NCBI RefSeq assembly: GCF_000284455.1
Contig: NC_017039.1
Location: forward strand, 870,001 to 902,000
Length of the DNA stretch: 32,000 nucleotides
Source: Synechocystis sp. PCC 6803 substr. PCC-P
Lineage (GTDB): Bacteria; Cyanobacteriota; Cyanobacteriia; Cyanobacteriales; Microcystaceae
Direction: 5' to 3'
The notes under the pieces are model-generated. The model ran no database searches. It worked only from the letters and a program-made list of their open reading frames with translations, and had not been told where the DNA came from. Positions 10,299 through 19,321 of this stretch are shown in pieces; the stretch's first letter is position 1, and each line of letters opens with the position of its first letter. The position numbers and the translations under genes were made by a program.

Positions 10299-10401
10299 GT
10301 TTCGGTTAAGCCAATCTTTTGAGATTGTTGGCTTGCAAATCAACCACACCATTAACGAGCTTTTAAGCGGAGAGGGAGAAAAATCATCTACCCTCTTTTT
10401 T

Positions 10402-12093
10402 ATGGGCATAGCAGAAAAGTCGATGATCCAAGTTCTCGATCGCCAGTTGGTGGATTTAATTGCGGCGGGGGAAGTGATTGATTCTCCTTTGGCAGTGGTG
10501 CGGGAATTGGTGGAAAATGCCTTGGATGCCGGTGCTGATCGGATTTTGGTTCGTGTTTGGTGGGATCAGTGGCGTTTGGAAGTGTTGGACAACGGCCAGG
10601 GGATGGATGTAACAGAGTTAAAAACCAGCGTATTGCCCCATGCCACCAGCAAAATTAGTACCCAAGCAGATTTACAACGGATTAAAACTTTAGGTTTTCG
10701 GGGGGAAGCCCTCCATAGTTTGGCCCAGGTGGCCCGGTTGACCATTAGCAGTCGCAGTGTGGCCAGTCCGGGTTGTGGTTGGCGCATTACCTACAGCCCC
10801 CAGGGTTCACCAGAACAGATTGAGCCAGTGGCGATCGCCATGGGAACGAGGGTGGAAGTGCGGCAACTGTTTGCTAATTTTCCCCAACGTCGGCAGGCCT
10901 TTGCTAAAAGTCAGCAGTTTTGGCGGCCCATGGTCACCTATCTGCAACAATTAGCCCTCTGCCATCCCCAAGTAACGTGGCAACTGTGGCAGGACGAACG
11001 GTTACGGTTGAGCCTTAGCCCCGGTCCTAACCCAGAAGCTATCTTGTTGCAATGCCTTAAATCCCTCCAGGCGGGCCAGCTTGGTTACACTCAACAATCC
11101 CTGTCCCTCCCCGTTGATCTAGAAAATCAGGCAACATCGGCCCAGCTAAGCTTGACCTTTGGTTACCCTGACCGCTGCCATCGTCCCCGTCCCGATTGGT
11201 TAATCATTGCCATTAATGGTCGTCCTGTGAATGTGCCGGAATTAACCCAGACAATTTTGGCGGTTTTTCACCGTACCCTGCCCCGGCAACGGTATCCCCT
11301 GTGTTTTGCCCATTGGCAATTGCCGCCCCAGTGCATCGATTGGCATCGTCACCCCGCAAAAACAGAAATTTATTTGCAAGATTTACCCCATTGGCAAGGG
11401 CAACTAAAAACCTTATTGCACCAGAGCCTAGCAATTTTGGGCAATGACGCTCCCCCTCGCCTGAATCAATTGCTCAAGGCCGCTGAACCCAAGGGAGTGT
11501 ATCAACTACAAGGTGCCAGTTCTCTCACGGAAACGGTGCTGGGCTATCCCAAGGCTTTTAAGGCCATCGCCCAGGTTTGCCAGACCTATGTGGTGGTGGA
11601 ACATGACCAGGGCATTTGGTTAGTGGAGCAACACGTGGCCCATGAACGGGTTTTGTTTGAGCAGTTACAACGGCATTGGCAATGTTTACCCCTGGAGCAA
11701 CCTCTGGTCTTGCAAGGATTTAACCCAGAACAGGTGGAACGTCTGCAAAATTTAGGCTTGGAAATAGACCCCTTTGGGGAAGATATTTGGGCTGTGCGGA
11801 GTTTACCGGCCCTTCTTCAAGGACAGGAGGAAATCATTGCTATTTTGCGGGAATTGAGTCAGGTATTTTCCCTCTCCACCGCCCAAGCGGCGATCGCCTG
11901 TCGGAGTGCCATTAAAAACGGTATGGAATTGGATCGCATTGCCATTAATAAACTCATTGAGCAATGGCAACAATGTGATAATCCCCACACCTGCCCCCAC
12001 GGTCGGCCCATCTACTTAGCTTTAGATGAATCTTCCTTGGCTCGTTTTTTCCGTAGAAATTGGCTGGTTAACCCCAAAACTTCTGGTTCTTGA
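10402..12093 (+). CDS. mutL: DNA mismatch repair protein MutL
   Basis: GHKL ATPase motifs [41 protein letters not shown]; NGRPV; C-terminal ACRSAIK and CPHGRP motifs. Track ORF starts at 10333, but in-frame ATGs at 10402 or 10423 (MIQVLDRQ) are more plausible starts. Confidence 0.94.
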
Positions 12094-12277
12094 ATCGCCT
12101 TCAACCATTGGCGTTTTAGCTCGCTCTTGGTATCACGGGTAACAAATTTATGGAACGGAGCAGGGTTAACTATAAAGGCTAACCTGGTTTTGTCCCACGG
12201 CATTTTCGGACTAAGTCCCGGAAATAGCGGGTTTGAGCCTGGATTAGGCCCACCTTTCTCCAATTCTAGAAAACATT

Positions 12278-13444
12278 GTGTCAGTACTCCTAGAAGGCAT
12301 TTTTAACGGTTTAAGCACAAGTTCAGTGTTACTGATTGCTGCCCTGGGTTTGGCGATCGTCTTTGGTCTGATGGGGGTAATTAACCTGGCCCATGGGGAA
12401 TTGATGATGTTGGGCGCTTACAGCACCTTTGTGGTGCAAAACCTCTTCCAGAGCCTCGGTGACCCTTGGTTTGACCTCTACATTTTTGCCGCTCTGCCCG
12501 TTGCTTTCCTGGTGGCGGCGATCGCCGGTCTAGTTTTGGAAAGACAGGTTATCCGCTACTTGTACGGCCGACCGCTGGAAACATTGCTGGCCACCTGGGG
12601 GGTGAGCCTGATTTTGCAACAGTTTGTCCGCAGTGTGAACTGGATTATGGTGCTGGTGGTGGGTATATTTTTGCTTTTATATTTCGGTGGCACCTGGTTA
12701 ATTAAACGCCAGGCCGGTGGCAAACCTTGGTTAGGGAAAGCCCAAGTCATCCTTTTCTTTCTCTCAGCGGCGATCTCCGGCATTAGTGGTTTTGTGGTGG
12801 CCCAGGCCAATTCTCCCCTGTGGAATCGGGCTTGGTTTGGAGCTAGGAACGTCAATGTTAGTGCCCCCACTTGGTTGCGGGGGGGGCTTGCCATTGGCAC
12901 TTTCCAGGTACCCTACACCAGGATTTTTATAATTTTCCTGACTCTGCTCTGTTTACTGGCGGTGTATCTAATTTTCTACCGTTCTAATTGGGGACTGAGA
13001 ATTCGAGCCGTTACCCAAAACCGGGGTATGAGTGCTTGTTTGGGTATTCCCACTGGGCAGGTGGATGCTTTGACCTTTGCCCTTGGTTCTGGCCTAGCGG
13101 GCATTGCAGGCTGTGCCATTAGTTTTCTGGGGGCGGTGGGGCCCAACATTGGTCAAAACTACATTATCAATACCTTCATGGTGGTGGTGGTAGGGGGCGT
13201 AGGTAACCTACTCGGAACCATTATTGCTTCCCTGGCGATCGGTGTATCCAGTGACTTGATTGGTAGTGGCACCCTGATTCGTTTATTCCCCCCAGAGGGA
13301 GCATTGCAACCTCTGTACGAATTTTTTACCTTTTTTGCCACCACCAGTATGGCCAGGGTTTTAGTCTTCGCCCTGATTATCCTTTTTCTGCAAATCAAGC
13401 CAGCGGGTATTTTCCCTCCCAAAGGCCGGACGGCGGAATTGTAG
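12278..13444 (+). CDS. urtB: Urea/branched-chain amino acid ABC transporter permease UrtB (LivH family), GTG start
   Basis: LAIVFGLMGVINLAHGELMMLGAY motif of LivH/UrtB, multiple TM segments, followed directly by an UrtC-like gene. Confidence 0.9.
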   Translation: MSVLLEGIFNGLSTSSVLLIAALGLAIVFGLMGVINLAHGELMMLGAYSTFVVQNLFQSLGDPWFDLYIFAALPVAFLVAAIAGLVLERQVIRYLYGRPLETLLATWGVSLILQQFVRSVNWIMVLVVGIFLLLYFGGTWLIKRQAGGKPWLGKAQVILFFLSAAISGISGFVVAQANSPLWNRAWFGARNVNVSAPTWLRGGLAIGTFQVPYTRIFIIFLTLLCLLAVYLIFYRSNWGLRIRAVTQNRGMSACLGIPTGQVDALTFALGSGLAGIAGCAISFLGAVGPNIGQNYIINTFMVVVVGGVGNLLGTIIASLAIGVSSDLIGSGTLIRLFPPEGALQPLYEFFTFFATTSMARVLVFALIILFLQIKPAGIFPPKGRTAEL

Positions 13445-13541
13445 CTTCCCGGAGGCAATGGCAATTTTTCTTTGCCCCATTGTCTCGCCCCCCCTAGCCT
13501 GACCTCTGACCAAATTTAGCTTCAGCCTTTTTTATTTCCCT

Positions 13542-14774
13542 ATGCAAAATTCTGCCCCCCCTTCTGGTTCTCCCCTGGCCAAACTGCTGAAGAAGTTGGG
13601 TTGGAATGACTATGCGTTGTTCGGGTCAGTGTTGGTTTTTGCCTGTATTCCCCTGATCATCGCAGTTTTATCTTTGTCCGATGGAGGCCCAAGTCAATGG
13701 CTGTTGAATAATTTTCCTTTCCTACGGCTCAGGTTGATGGGGCGTTTTCTGTCTTTGGCTATTATTGCCCTGGGCATTGACCTAATTTGGGGCTACACGG
13801 GGTTACTCAGTTTAGGTCATGGCATATTTTTTGCCCTTGGGGGTTATGCCTTTGCCATGTATCTCAATCTCCAGTTACCGGAAGGGCAATTACCTGAATT
13901 TTTTGGTCTCTACGGGGTGGATAAACTGCCACTGATTTGGCAACCTTTCCATTCGTTACCCGTTACTGTATTGGCCATGGTGTTGGTGCCAGGGGCGATC
14001 GCCGCCCTGTTGGGTTATTTAATTTTTCGTAACCGCATCAAGGGTGTATATTTTTCGATTTTGACCCAGGCGGCTCTGTTGGTGTTTTACAACTTTTTCA
14101 ACGGGCAACAGAAATTAATTAACGGTACTAATGGCTTAAAAACTGATACAGAAAGAATTTTTGGTTACCTAGCCAGTTCCGACGGAGTCCAACTGGTATT
14201 TTATGAAGTCACCGTCCTGGCTCTGTTATTGGTTTATATTCTTTGCCGTTGGCTTACTAGTGGGCGCTTTGGCCGCATCCTCGTAGCCATTCGGGACGAT
14301 GAAACCAGGGTAAGATTTACCGGTTACGATCCCACTGGCTTCAAGGTGTTGGTATTTGGCATTTCCGGGGCGATCGCCGGTCTGTCGGGGGGGCTATACA
14401 CAGTGCAAACGGGGATTATTACTCCGAGCATTATGGATGTGGCCTTTTCCATTGAAATGGTCATTTGGGTTGCGGTTGGCGGCAGGGCTACCCTAGTGGG
14501 GGCTGTGTTGGGAACCCTGTTGGTGCGCCTAGCCCAGAGCAGTTTGAGCGAGCAGTTTCCCGAGGTTTGGCTGTTTTTCCAAGGGGCTTTGTTCCTGATT
14601 GTAGTTACTGTGCTTCCCAACGGCATTGTCGGTTGGTGGCAAGAACAGGGCATTGTGCAACTCAGGAATTTGTTCCGAGGTAAACCCCAGTTGGCCACCT
14701 TTCCTAGTTTGGAAGAAGATCCTTTGGTGCAGGAAGAACGCAAACAGTTTGAAGGAGAGTCTAAGGAACCGTAA
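13542..14774 (+). CDS. urtC: Urea/branched-chain amino acid ABC transporter permease UrtC (LivM family), 410 aa
   Basis: LIWGYTGLLSLGHGIFFALGGYAFAMYL, RILVAIRDDETRVRFTGYD, KVLVFGISGAIAGLSGGLY motifs. Confidence 0.9.
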   Translation: MQNSAPPSGSPLAKLLKKLGWNDYALFGSVLVFACIPLIIAVLSLSDGGPSQWLLNNFPFLRLRLMGRFLSLAIIALGIDLIWGYTGLLSLGHGIFFALGGYAFAMYLNLQLPEGQLPEFFGLYGVDKLPLIWQPFHSLPVTVLAMVLVPGAIAALLGYLIFRNRIKGVYFSILTQAALLVFYNFFNGQQKLINGTNGLKTDTERIFGYLASSDGVQLVFYEVTVLALLLVYILCRWLTSGRFGRILVAIRDDETRVRFTGYDPTGFKVLVFGISGAIAGLSGGLYTVQTGIITPSIMDVAFSIEMVIWVAVGGRATLVGAVLGTLLVRLAQSSLSEQFPEVWLFFQGALFLIVVTVLPNGIVGWWQEQGIVQLRNLFRGKPQLATFPSLEEDPLVQEERKQFEGESKEP

Positions 14775-14889
14775 ACTACACCGAAAACTTTTGGCTTATC
14801 CACGGCCATTGTCATGGCAGCAATCGGATCTTTATGCCTAGGGCCAGCAATGGTTATGTTAGTTTGATGTAGTCCTACCCGATTCTTCT

Positions 14890-15786
14890 ATGACTGCTTC
14901 TGGGTCCGATCGCCGTTGGCCTAGGGGAGCCACCCCCTATTTATTCCTGTTGCCCGCTTTGGTTATGCTGGGCGCAACGGTTTTCTATCCGGCACTACAA
15001 GCTTTTTCCCTCAGTTTTACCCAATACGAACTGGACTTGACCAAAGCCCCGGCCTGGGTAGGACTGGCTAATTTTGAGCGGCTCTGGCGGGATAGGGTTT
15101 TCTGGCTGACCTTTCGCCACACTTTGCTTTACCTGGTGGGGGTTGTGCCCTTACTGATCATGTTGCCCCTGGGACTAGCCATTTTGGTCAACCAAAAACT
15201 GCGGGGCATCACCTGGTTTCGCATGGCCTATTACACTCCGGTAATTACCTCTATTGTGGTGGCAGGCATTGCCTGGAAAGCCCTCTACGCTTCCAATGGC
15301 ATCCTGAATCAAATTCTTGCCCTACTGGGATTTAGCGATGGTATTCCTTGGCTCACCAGTCCCAATTTAGCCCTGTGGAGTGTGATGGTGGTGACAGTGT
15401 GGAAAGGGTTGGGTTATTACATGGTCATTTACCTGGCCGGACTCCAAGCCATTCCCCAGGAACTCTATGAAGCCGGGGCGATCGACGGAGCGGACGGTTG
15501 GCGACAACATTGGGATATTACCATTCCCCTCATGCGGCCCTATTGTTTCTTAGTAGGAGTTTTATCTTCCATTTCCGCCCTCAAAGTTTTTGAAGAGGTG
15601 TATATCATGACCCAGGGCGGCCCCCTCAACGCTTCCAAAACGGTAGTTTATTATGTCTATGAACGGGCTTTTCAAGACCTCGAAATGAATTACGCTTCGG
15701 CGATCGGGCTAGTGTTATTTTTGGTCATTTTCATTTTTTCAGTGATTAATTTAAAACTTTCCGGTGGTAACCTACCGGCCCGCTAA
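14890..15786 (+). CDS. Sugar-type (MalF/UgpA-like) ABC transporter permease, 298 aa
   Basis: Permease EAA-type loop IPQELYEAGAIDGADGWRQHWDITIPLMRP and N-terminal YLFLLPALVMLG; six predicted TM segments. Confidence 0.92.
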   Translation: MTASGSDRRWPRGATPYLFLLPALVMLGATVFYPALQAFSLSFTQYELDLTKAPAWVGLANFERLWRDRVFWLTFRHTLLYLVGVVPLLIMLPLGLAILVNQKLRGITWFRMAYYTPVITSIVVAGIAWKALYASNGILNQILALLGFSDGIPWLTSPNLALWSVMVVTVWKGLGYYMVIYLAGLQAIPQELYEAGAIDGADGWRQHWDITIPLMRPYCFLVGVLSSISALKVFEEVYIMTQGGPLNASKTVVYYVYERAFQDLEMNYASAIGLVLFLVIFIFSVINLKLSGGNLPAR

Positions 15787-15895
15787 AGCCCTTGGGGGAC
15801 ATATTGACCCTGACTGAAAAAAATGGACAAATCCAGAAGGACATTATGATGGAATTCCCCCATATCGTAGTGGAAGAAAAGGAAGTGCAAAAAGT

Positions 15896-16333
15896 ATGAC
15901 AACACTGTATGAAACGGACTTCAACCTGTGGATAGAGCAGACCGTCAACCAACTCAAAAGTGGTGACATCAAGGGCTTGGACCTGGACAACCTCATTGAA
16001 GAAATAGAATCCATGGGACGGAATAACAAAAGGGAAGTACGAAGCCGGTTAATTGTCCTCATGGCTCACCTACTGAAATGGCAACACCAACCCGAAAAAC
16101 AGAGCAATAGCTGGATCTACACCATCAAAGAGCAACGCTTACAACTCAAGCTAATCCTGCAAGACAGCCCTAGCCTGAAGCCCTTTTTGCAACAGGTCTT
16201 AGACGATTGTTACCAAGATGCCCGAAAGGATGCAGCCCAGGAAACAAAACTAACCCCCGACAACTTCCCCAAAGAATCCCCCTACACCCAAGCTCAGATC
16301 CTAGACCCCGACTTTTTTCCAAAATCAGAATAA
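15896..16333 (+). CDS. DUF29-family protein, 145 aa
   Basis: LYETDFNLWIEQTVNQLKSGDIKGLDLDNLIEEIESMGRNNKREVRSRL...LLKWQHQP is the characteristic DUF29 pattern. Confidence 0.93.
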   Translation: MTTLYETDFNLWIEQTVNQLKSGDIKGLDLDNLIEEIESMGRNNKREVRSRLIVLMAHLLKWQHQPEKQSNSWIYTIKEQRLQLKLILQDSPSLKPFLQQVLDDCYQDARKDAAQETKLTPDNFPKESPYTQAQILDPDFFPKSE

Positions 16334-16440
16334 ATACAAAAAAAAGCCCTCTAAAACAATGACCTTGTCCTGAAAAACTGACACAAAAATTTCATACCGT
16401 CGTCATAGCCCTGTCATACTCGTCCCCTACATTAATAAAT

Positions 16441-16489
16441 GTCAGCCCAAGCCGTTTTCCCAATTGCTCCTCACCGGGCTGACTTTTTT
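16441..16489 (+). terminator. Terminator-like hairpin GTCAGCCC...GGGCTGAC-TTTTTT between the DUF29 gene and htrA, overlapping the longest htrA ORF
   Basis: Perfect 8-bp stem 16441-16448/16476-16483, 27-nt loop, followed immediately by six T. Confidence 0.65.
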
Positions 16490-16537
16490 CCCAGATTTGT
16501 TTTAAGCAACAGTTCAGCAAATAAGTGTCATCAAGCC

Positions 16538-17797
16538 ATGAAAGACGTTTCCCTCCATTCTCCCAAACAGACCCCTTCTAAAATTTCCTTGGCCTACCTG
16601 GGGCTAGTCCTGGTGGGTATGGGCATTGGTGCTGGGGGGACATTTGTCTTAACTAATCCCCAATGGGCGGATCATTTAACAAATAATTCTGTTATTTCTC
16701 CCTTAGTAACTAATCAATCCATTGCTCCTGCCAATGAGAGCTTAGCAACGAACTTACAAAGTCGTTTATCCCCTAGAGAGCCCAGCAATTTTGTCGTGGA
16801 CGTGGTGGAATCCACCGGCCCCGCGGTGGTGCGTATCAATGCCCAAAAAACGGTTAAATCCCAGGTGCCCCAGGCATTTAATGATCCCTTCTTGCAAAGA
16901 TTTTTTGGTTCCCAGATGCCCCCCATGCCCAACGAACGGGTGCAACGGGGAACGGGCTCCGGTTTCATTGTTAGTAATGATGGCAAGATTTTCACCAATG
17001 CCCATGTGGTGGATGGGGCCGATGAAGTGACAGTAACTCTTAAGGATGGTCGTTCCTTTCCCGGTCGGGTGATGGGTTCTGATCCCTCTACGGATGTGGC
17101 GGTGGTCAAAATTGAAGCTGGTGATTTACCTACCGTGGCCTTAGGGGACTCCGATCACCTGCAGGTGGGGGAATGGGCGATCGCCATTGGTAATCCTTTA
17201 GGATTGGACAATACGGTCACCACAGGGATTTTGAGTGCCACAGGCCGCCGCAGTGCGGATATTGGTGTGCCCGACAAACGGGTGGAATTTATCCAAACCG
17301 ATGCGGCCATTAACCCTGGTAACTCTGGTGGTCCTCTCCTCAATGCGGATGGGCAAGTAATTGGTATGAACACCGCCATTATTCAAAACGCCCAGGGCAT
17401 TGGTTTTGCTATCCCCATCAACAAAGCCCAGGAAATTGCTCAACAGTTAATTGCTACGGGCAAAGTGGAGCACGCCTACCTCGGCATTCAAATGGTGACC
17501 ATGACCCCGGAACTACAAAGCCAAATTCGCCAAGAAACGGGTATGAACATTCCTGTGGATAAGGGTGTAGTGATTATGCAGGTTATGCCCAACTCTCCAG
17601 CGGCGATCGCCAAACTGGAACAAGGGGATGTGCTCCAATCTCTCCAGGGACAACCAGTGGAAAATGCTGAACAGGTACAATCCCTAGTGGGCAAACTGGC
17701 GGTGGGAGACGAAGTGGAACTAGGCATTCTCCGCAACGGCCAACAGCAAAATTTAACCGTCACCATTGGTGCCCTGCCCAGCGCCCCTCCCCAATAA
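16538..17797 (+). CDS. htrA: HtrA/DegP-family serine protease with PDZ domain (start re-proposed; longest ORF begins at 16439)
   Basis: [55 protein letters not shown]-terminal PDZ. In-frame ATG at 16538 ([31 protein letters not shown]) lies just before the TM/signal segment. Confidence 0.9.
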
Positions 17798-17985
17798 ACG
17801 CCCATTACTAGGACAAACGGGGGTTTTTCTCCTAAACTTTTAGGATGTTGGATCAGGGCCCGTTGGCAAAAATTCAAGTTGCCCCTCACCCTCCCCAAGG
17901 AAGCTCTGGCCAACCTGGGGGGTTTGTAGGTGTAAACCGGTTCCCAATCCTTTTTAACTTTGATTTTTTAGATTTAACTAAAATT

Positions 17986-18339
17986 ATGGTTTGGACCAAA
18001 GCCCTCGCCCAAAGTGAGCTTCCCCCCGGTAGTCGTCAAGTGGTTAAGGTAAACCAACAGGCTATTCTGTTGCTGAATGAAGGGGGTACTATCCACGCAG
18101 TTAGTAACCAGTGCCCCCATCTCAAATTACCGATGAAAAGCGGCAAAATTAAGGACGGGGCGATTGTTTGTCCTTTCCACCGCAGTGCCTTCGATCTTTG
18201 TTCCGGTGCTGTGCAGGAATGGAGTCCCTTTCCACCTGTGGTGGGGGGTTTGATGGGCAAAATGTCGGCGGAAAAGCCCCTGCCGGTGTTCCCTGTGCGG
18301 GTGGAAAATGGAGAAGTACAGGTGGATTTAGGCGCCTGA
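17986..18339 (+). CDS. Small Rieske-type [2Fe-2S] ferredoxin, about 117 aa
   Basis: CPHLKLPMKSGKIKDGAIVCPFHRSAFDLCSG. ATG at 17986 (MVWTKALAQSELPPG) is a better start than the track start at 17845. Confidence 0.92.
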   Translation: MVWTKALAQSELPPGSRQVVKVNQQAILLLNEGGTIHAVSNQCPHLKLPMKSGKIKDGAIVCPFHRSAFDLCSGAVQEWSPFPPVVGGLMGKMSAEKPLPVFPVRVENGEVQVDLGA

Positions 18340-18402
18340 TCGCTCAGTTGAACCCTTTGCAGAGCAGACAAGACTATATTTTTGATCTAAATGGTTTTTC
18401 TT

Positions 18403-18427
18403 AATCCCTCAAACTTTGGGGGATTTT
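18403..18427 (+). terminator. Probable terminator after the Rieske ferredoxin gene
   Basis: 10-bp stem AATCCCTCAA / TTGGGGGATT (one G-U pair), 3-nt loop, followed by TT. Confidence 0.6.
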
Positions 18428-18525
18428 GATTAATCTGTCTAGTGTCTAGAATCAAATAGCTAGGTTCTGGGACAATCTCACCTGAAATCCTGGTTCACAA
18501 TAGTTTTTATTGAATTCACATTGCC

Positions 18526-19248
18526 TTGACCCATAATTCCCAACCCCTACCCGTTGACCCCCAGGACAATGGCTTTCCCCCTGTACATTTCCAAACCCAT
18601 TTCCAGGGCAGAATGGAAATGTTTGCCCCCGGTCAAGAAGTGGACGACTATCTACAGGCCCACCAAGGTTGGTTCCGTCGCTGTGCCCAGCCTATGCAAG
18701 CCGATCCTTTGGGGGACCATGGATATGTGTTGACCATTGGTAAGTTTGGTGCTTTGGGTTTTGATGTGGAGCCCAAAATTGCGGTGGTGCTGGAACCGCC
18801 CCAGGATGGCAATTACCTGATGCATACGGTTCCTTTGCCCGATACCCCCAATCTGGGTTATGAAGTGGATTTTCTTTCTAACATGACTCTGCATCAAGTC
18901 AATGGCGATCGCCTGACGGAGAAAAGTTTAAAACAGTTTGCCCAGGCGGAAATCCCCTGGCCGGAAACCATTACCCAGGTGGAATGGGACTTGAAAATGG
19001 ATGTGGCGGTGCAGTTCCCTGGCTATATCTACAAACTGCCCATGAAGTTGATTCAATCCACTGGCGATCGCCTGTTGACAGAAATTGTCCGCCAAGTGTC
19101 CCCCCGTTTAACTTATAAAGTACAGCAGGATTTTCATCAGGAAAAAGGCCTACCCCTACCGCCCAAAAGTGGCCGTTATTTCCAGCGGATCAGGCCAGCG
19201 GGGGAAGAACAATCTGAGTCAGAGACGGAAACGGAAGTCGAATCTTAA
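18526..19248 (+). CDS. DUF1997-family protein, 240 aa (apparent TTG start)
   Basis: VHFQTHFQGRMEMFAPGQEVDDYLQAHQGWFRRCAQPM...GKFGALGFDVEPKI pattern. The first in-frame ATG is internal to the conserved part. Confidence 0.8.
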   Translation: MTHNSQPLPVDPQDNGFPPVHFQTHFQGRMEMFAPGQEVDDYLQAHQGWFRRCAQPMQADPLGDHGYVLTIGKFGALGFDVEPKIAVVLEPPQDGNYLMHTVPLPDTPNLGYEVDFLSNMTLHQVNGDRLTEKSLKQFAQAEIPWPETITQVEWDLKMDVAVQFPGYIYKLPMKLIQSTGDRLLTEIVRQVSPRLTYKVQQDFHQEKGLPLPPKSGRYFQRIRPAGEEQSESETETEVES

Positions 19249-19321
19249 TCTGTCCTGACCAAATGGTTTGGGGGATTACCTAAATTACCTTAAAGATCAA
19301 CAGACCAATTTTTTAGTGCCC

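Noticed and set aside
12196-12233. CCCG/CGGG inverted repeat upstream of urtB as terminator
   Set aside because: Stem of only four bases with no T-tract; too weak to call.
14324-14815. 163-aa minus-strand ORF opposite urtC
   Set aside because: Antisense to a well-supported permease gene; composition mirrors the sense codons and no motif is recognisable.
17488-17913. 141-aa minus-strand ORF opposite htrA
   Set aside because: Lies over the conserved PDZ-coding region; Ser/Thr/Cys-rich shadow translation without domain signals.
17798-17985. N-terminal extension of the Rieske ferredoxin to 17845
   Set aside because: The extension MLDQGPLAKIQVAPHPPQGSSG... lacks Rieske-like character; ATG 17986 gives a normal compact Rieske domain start.
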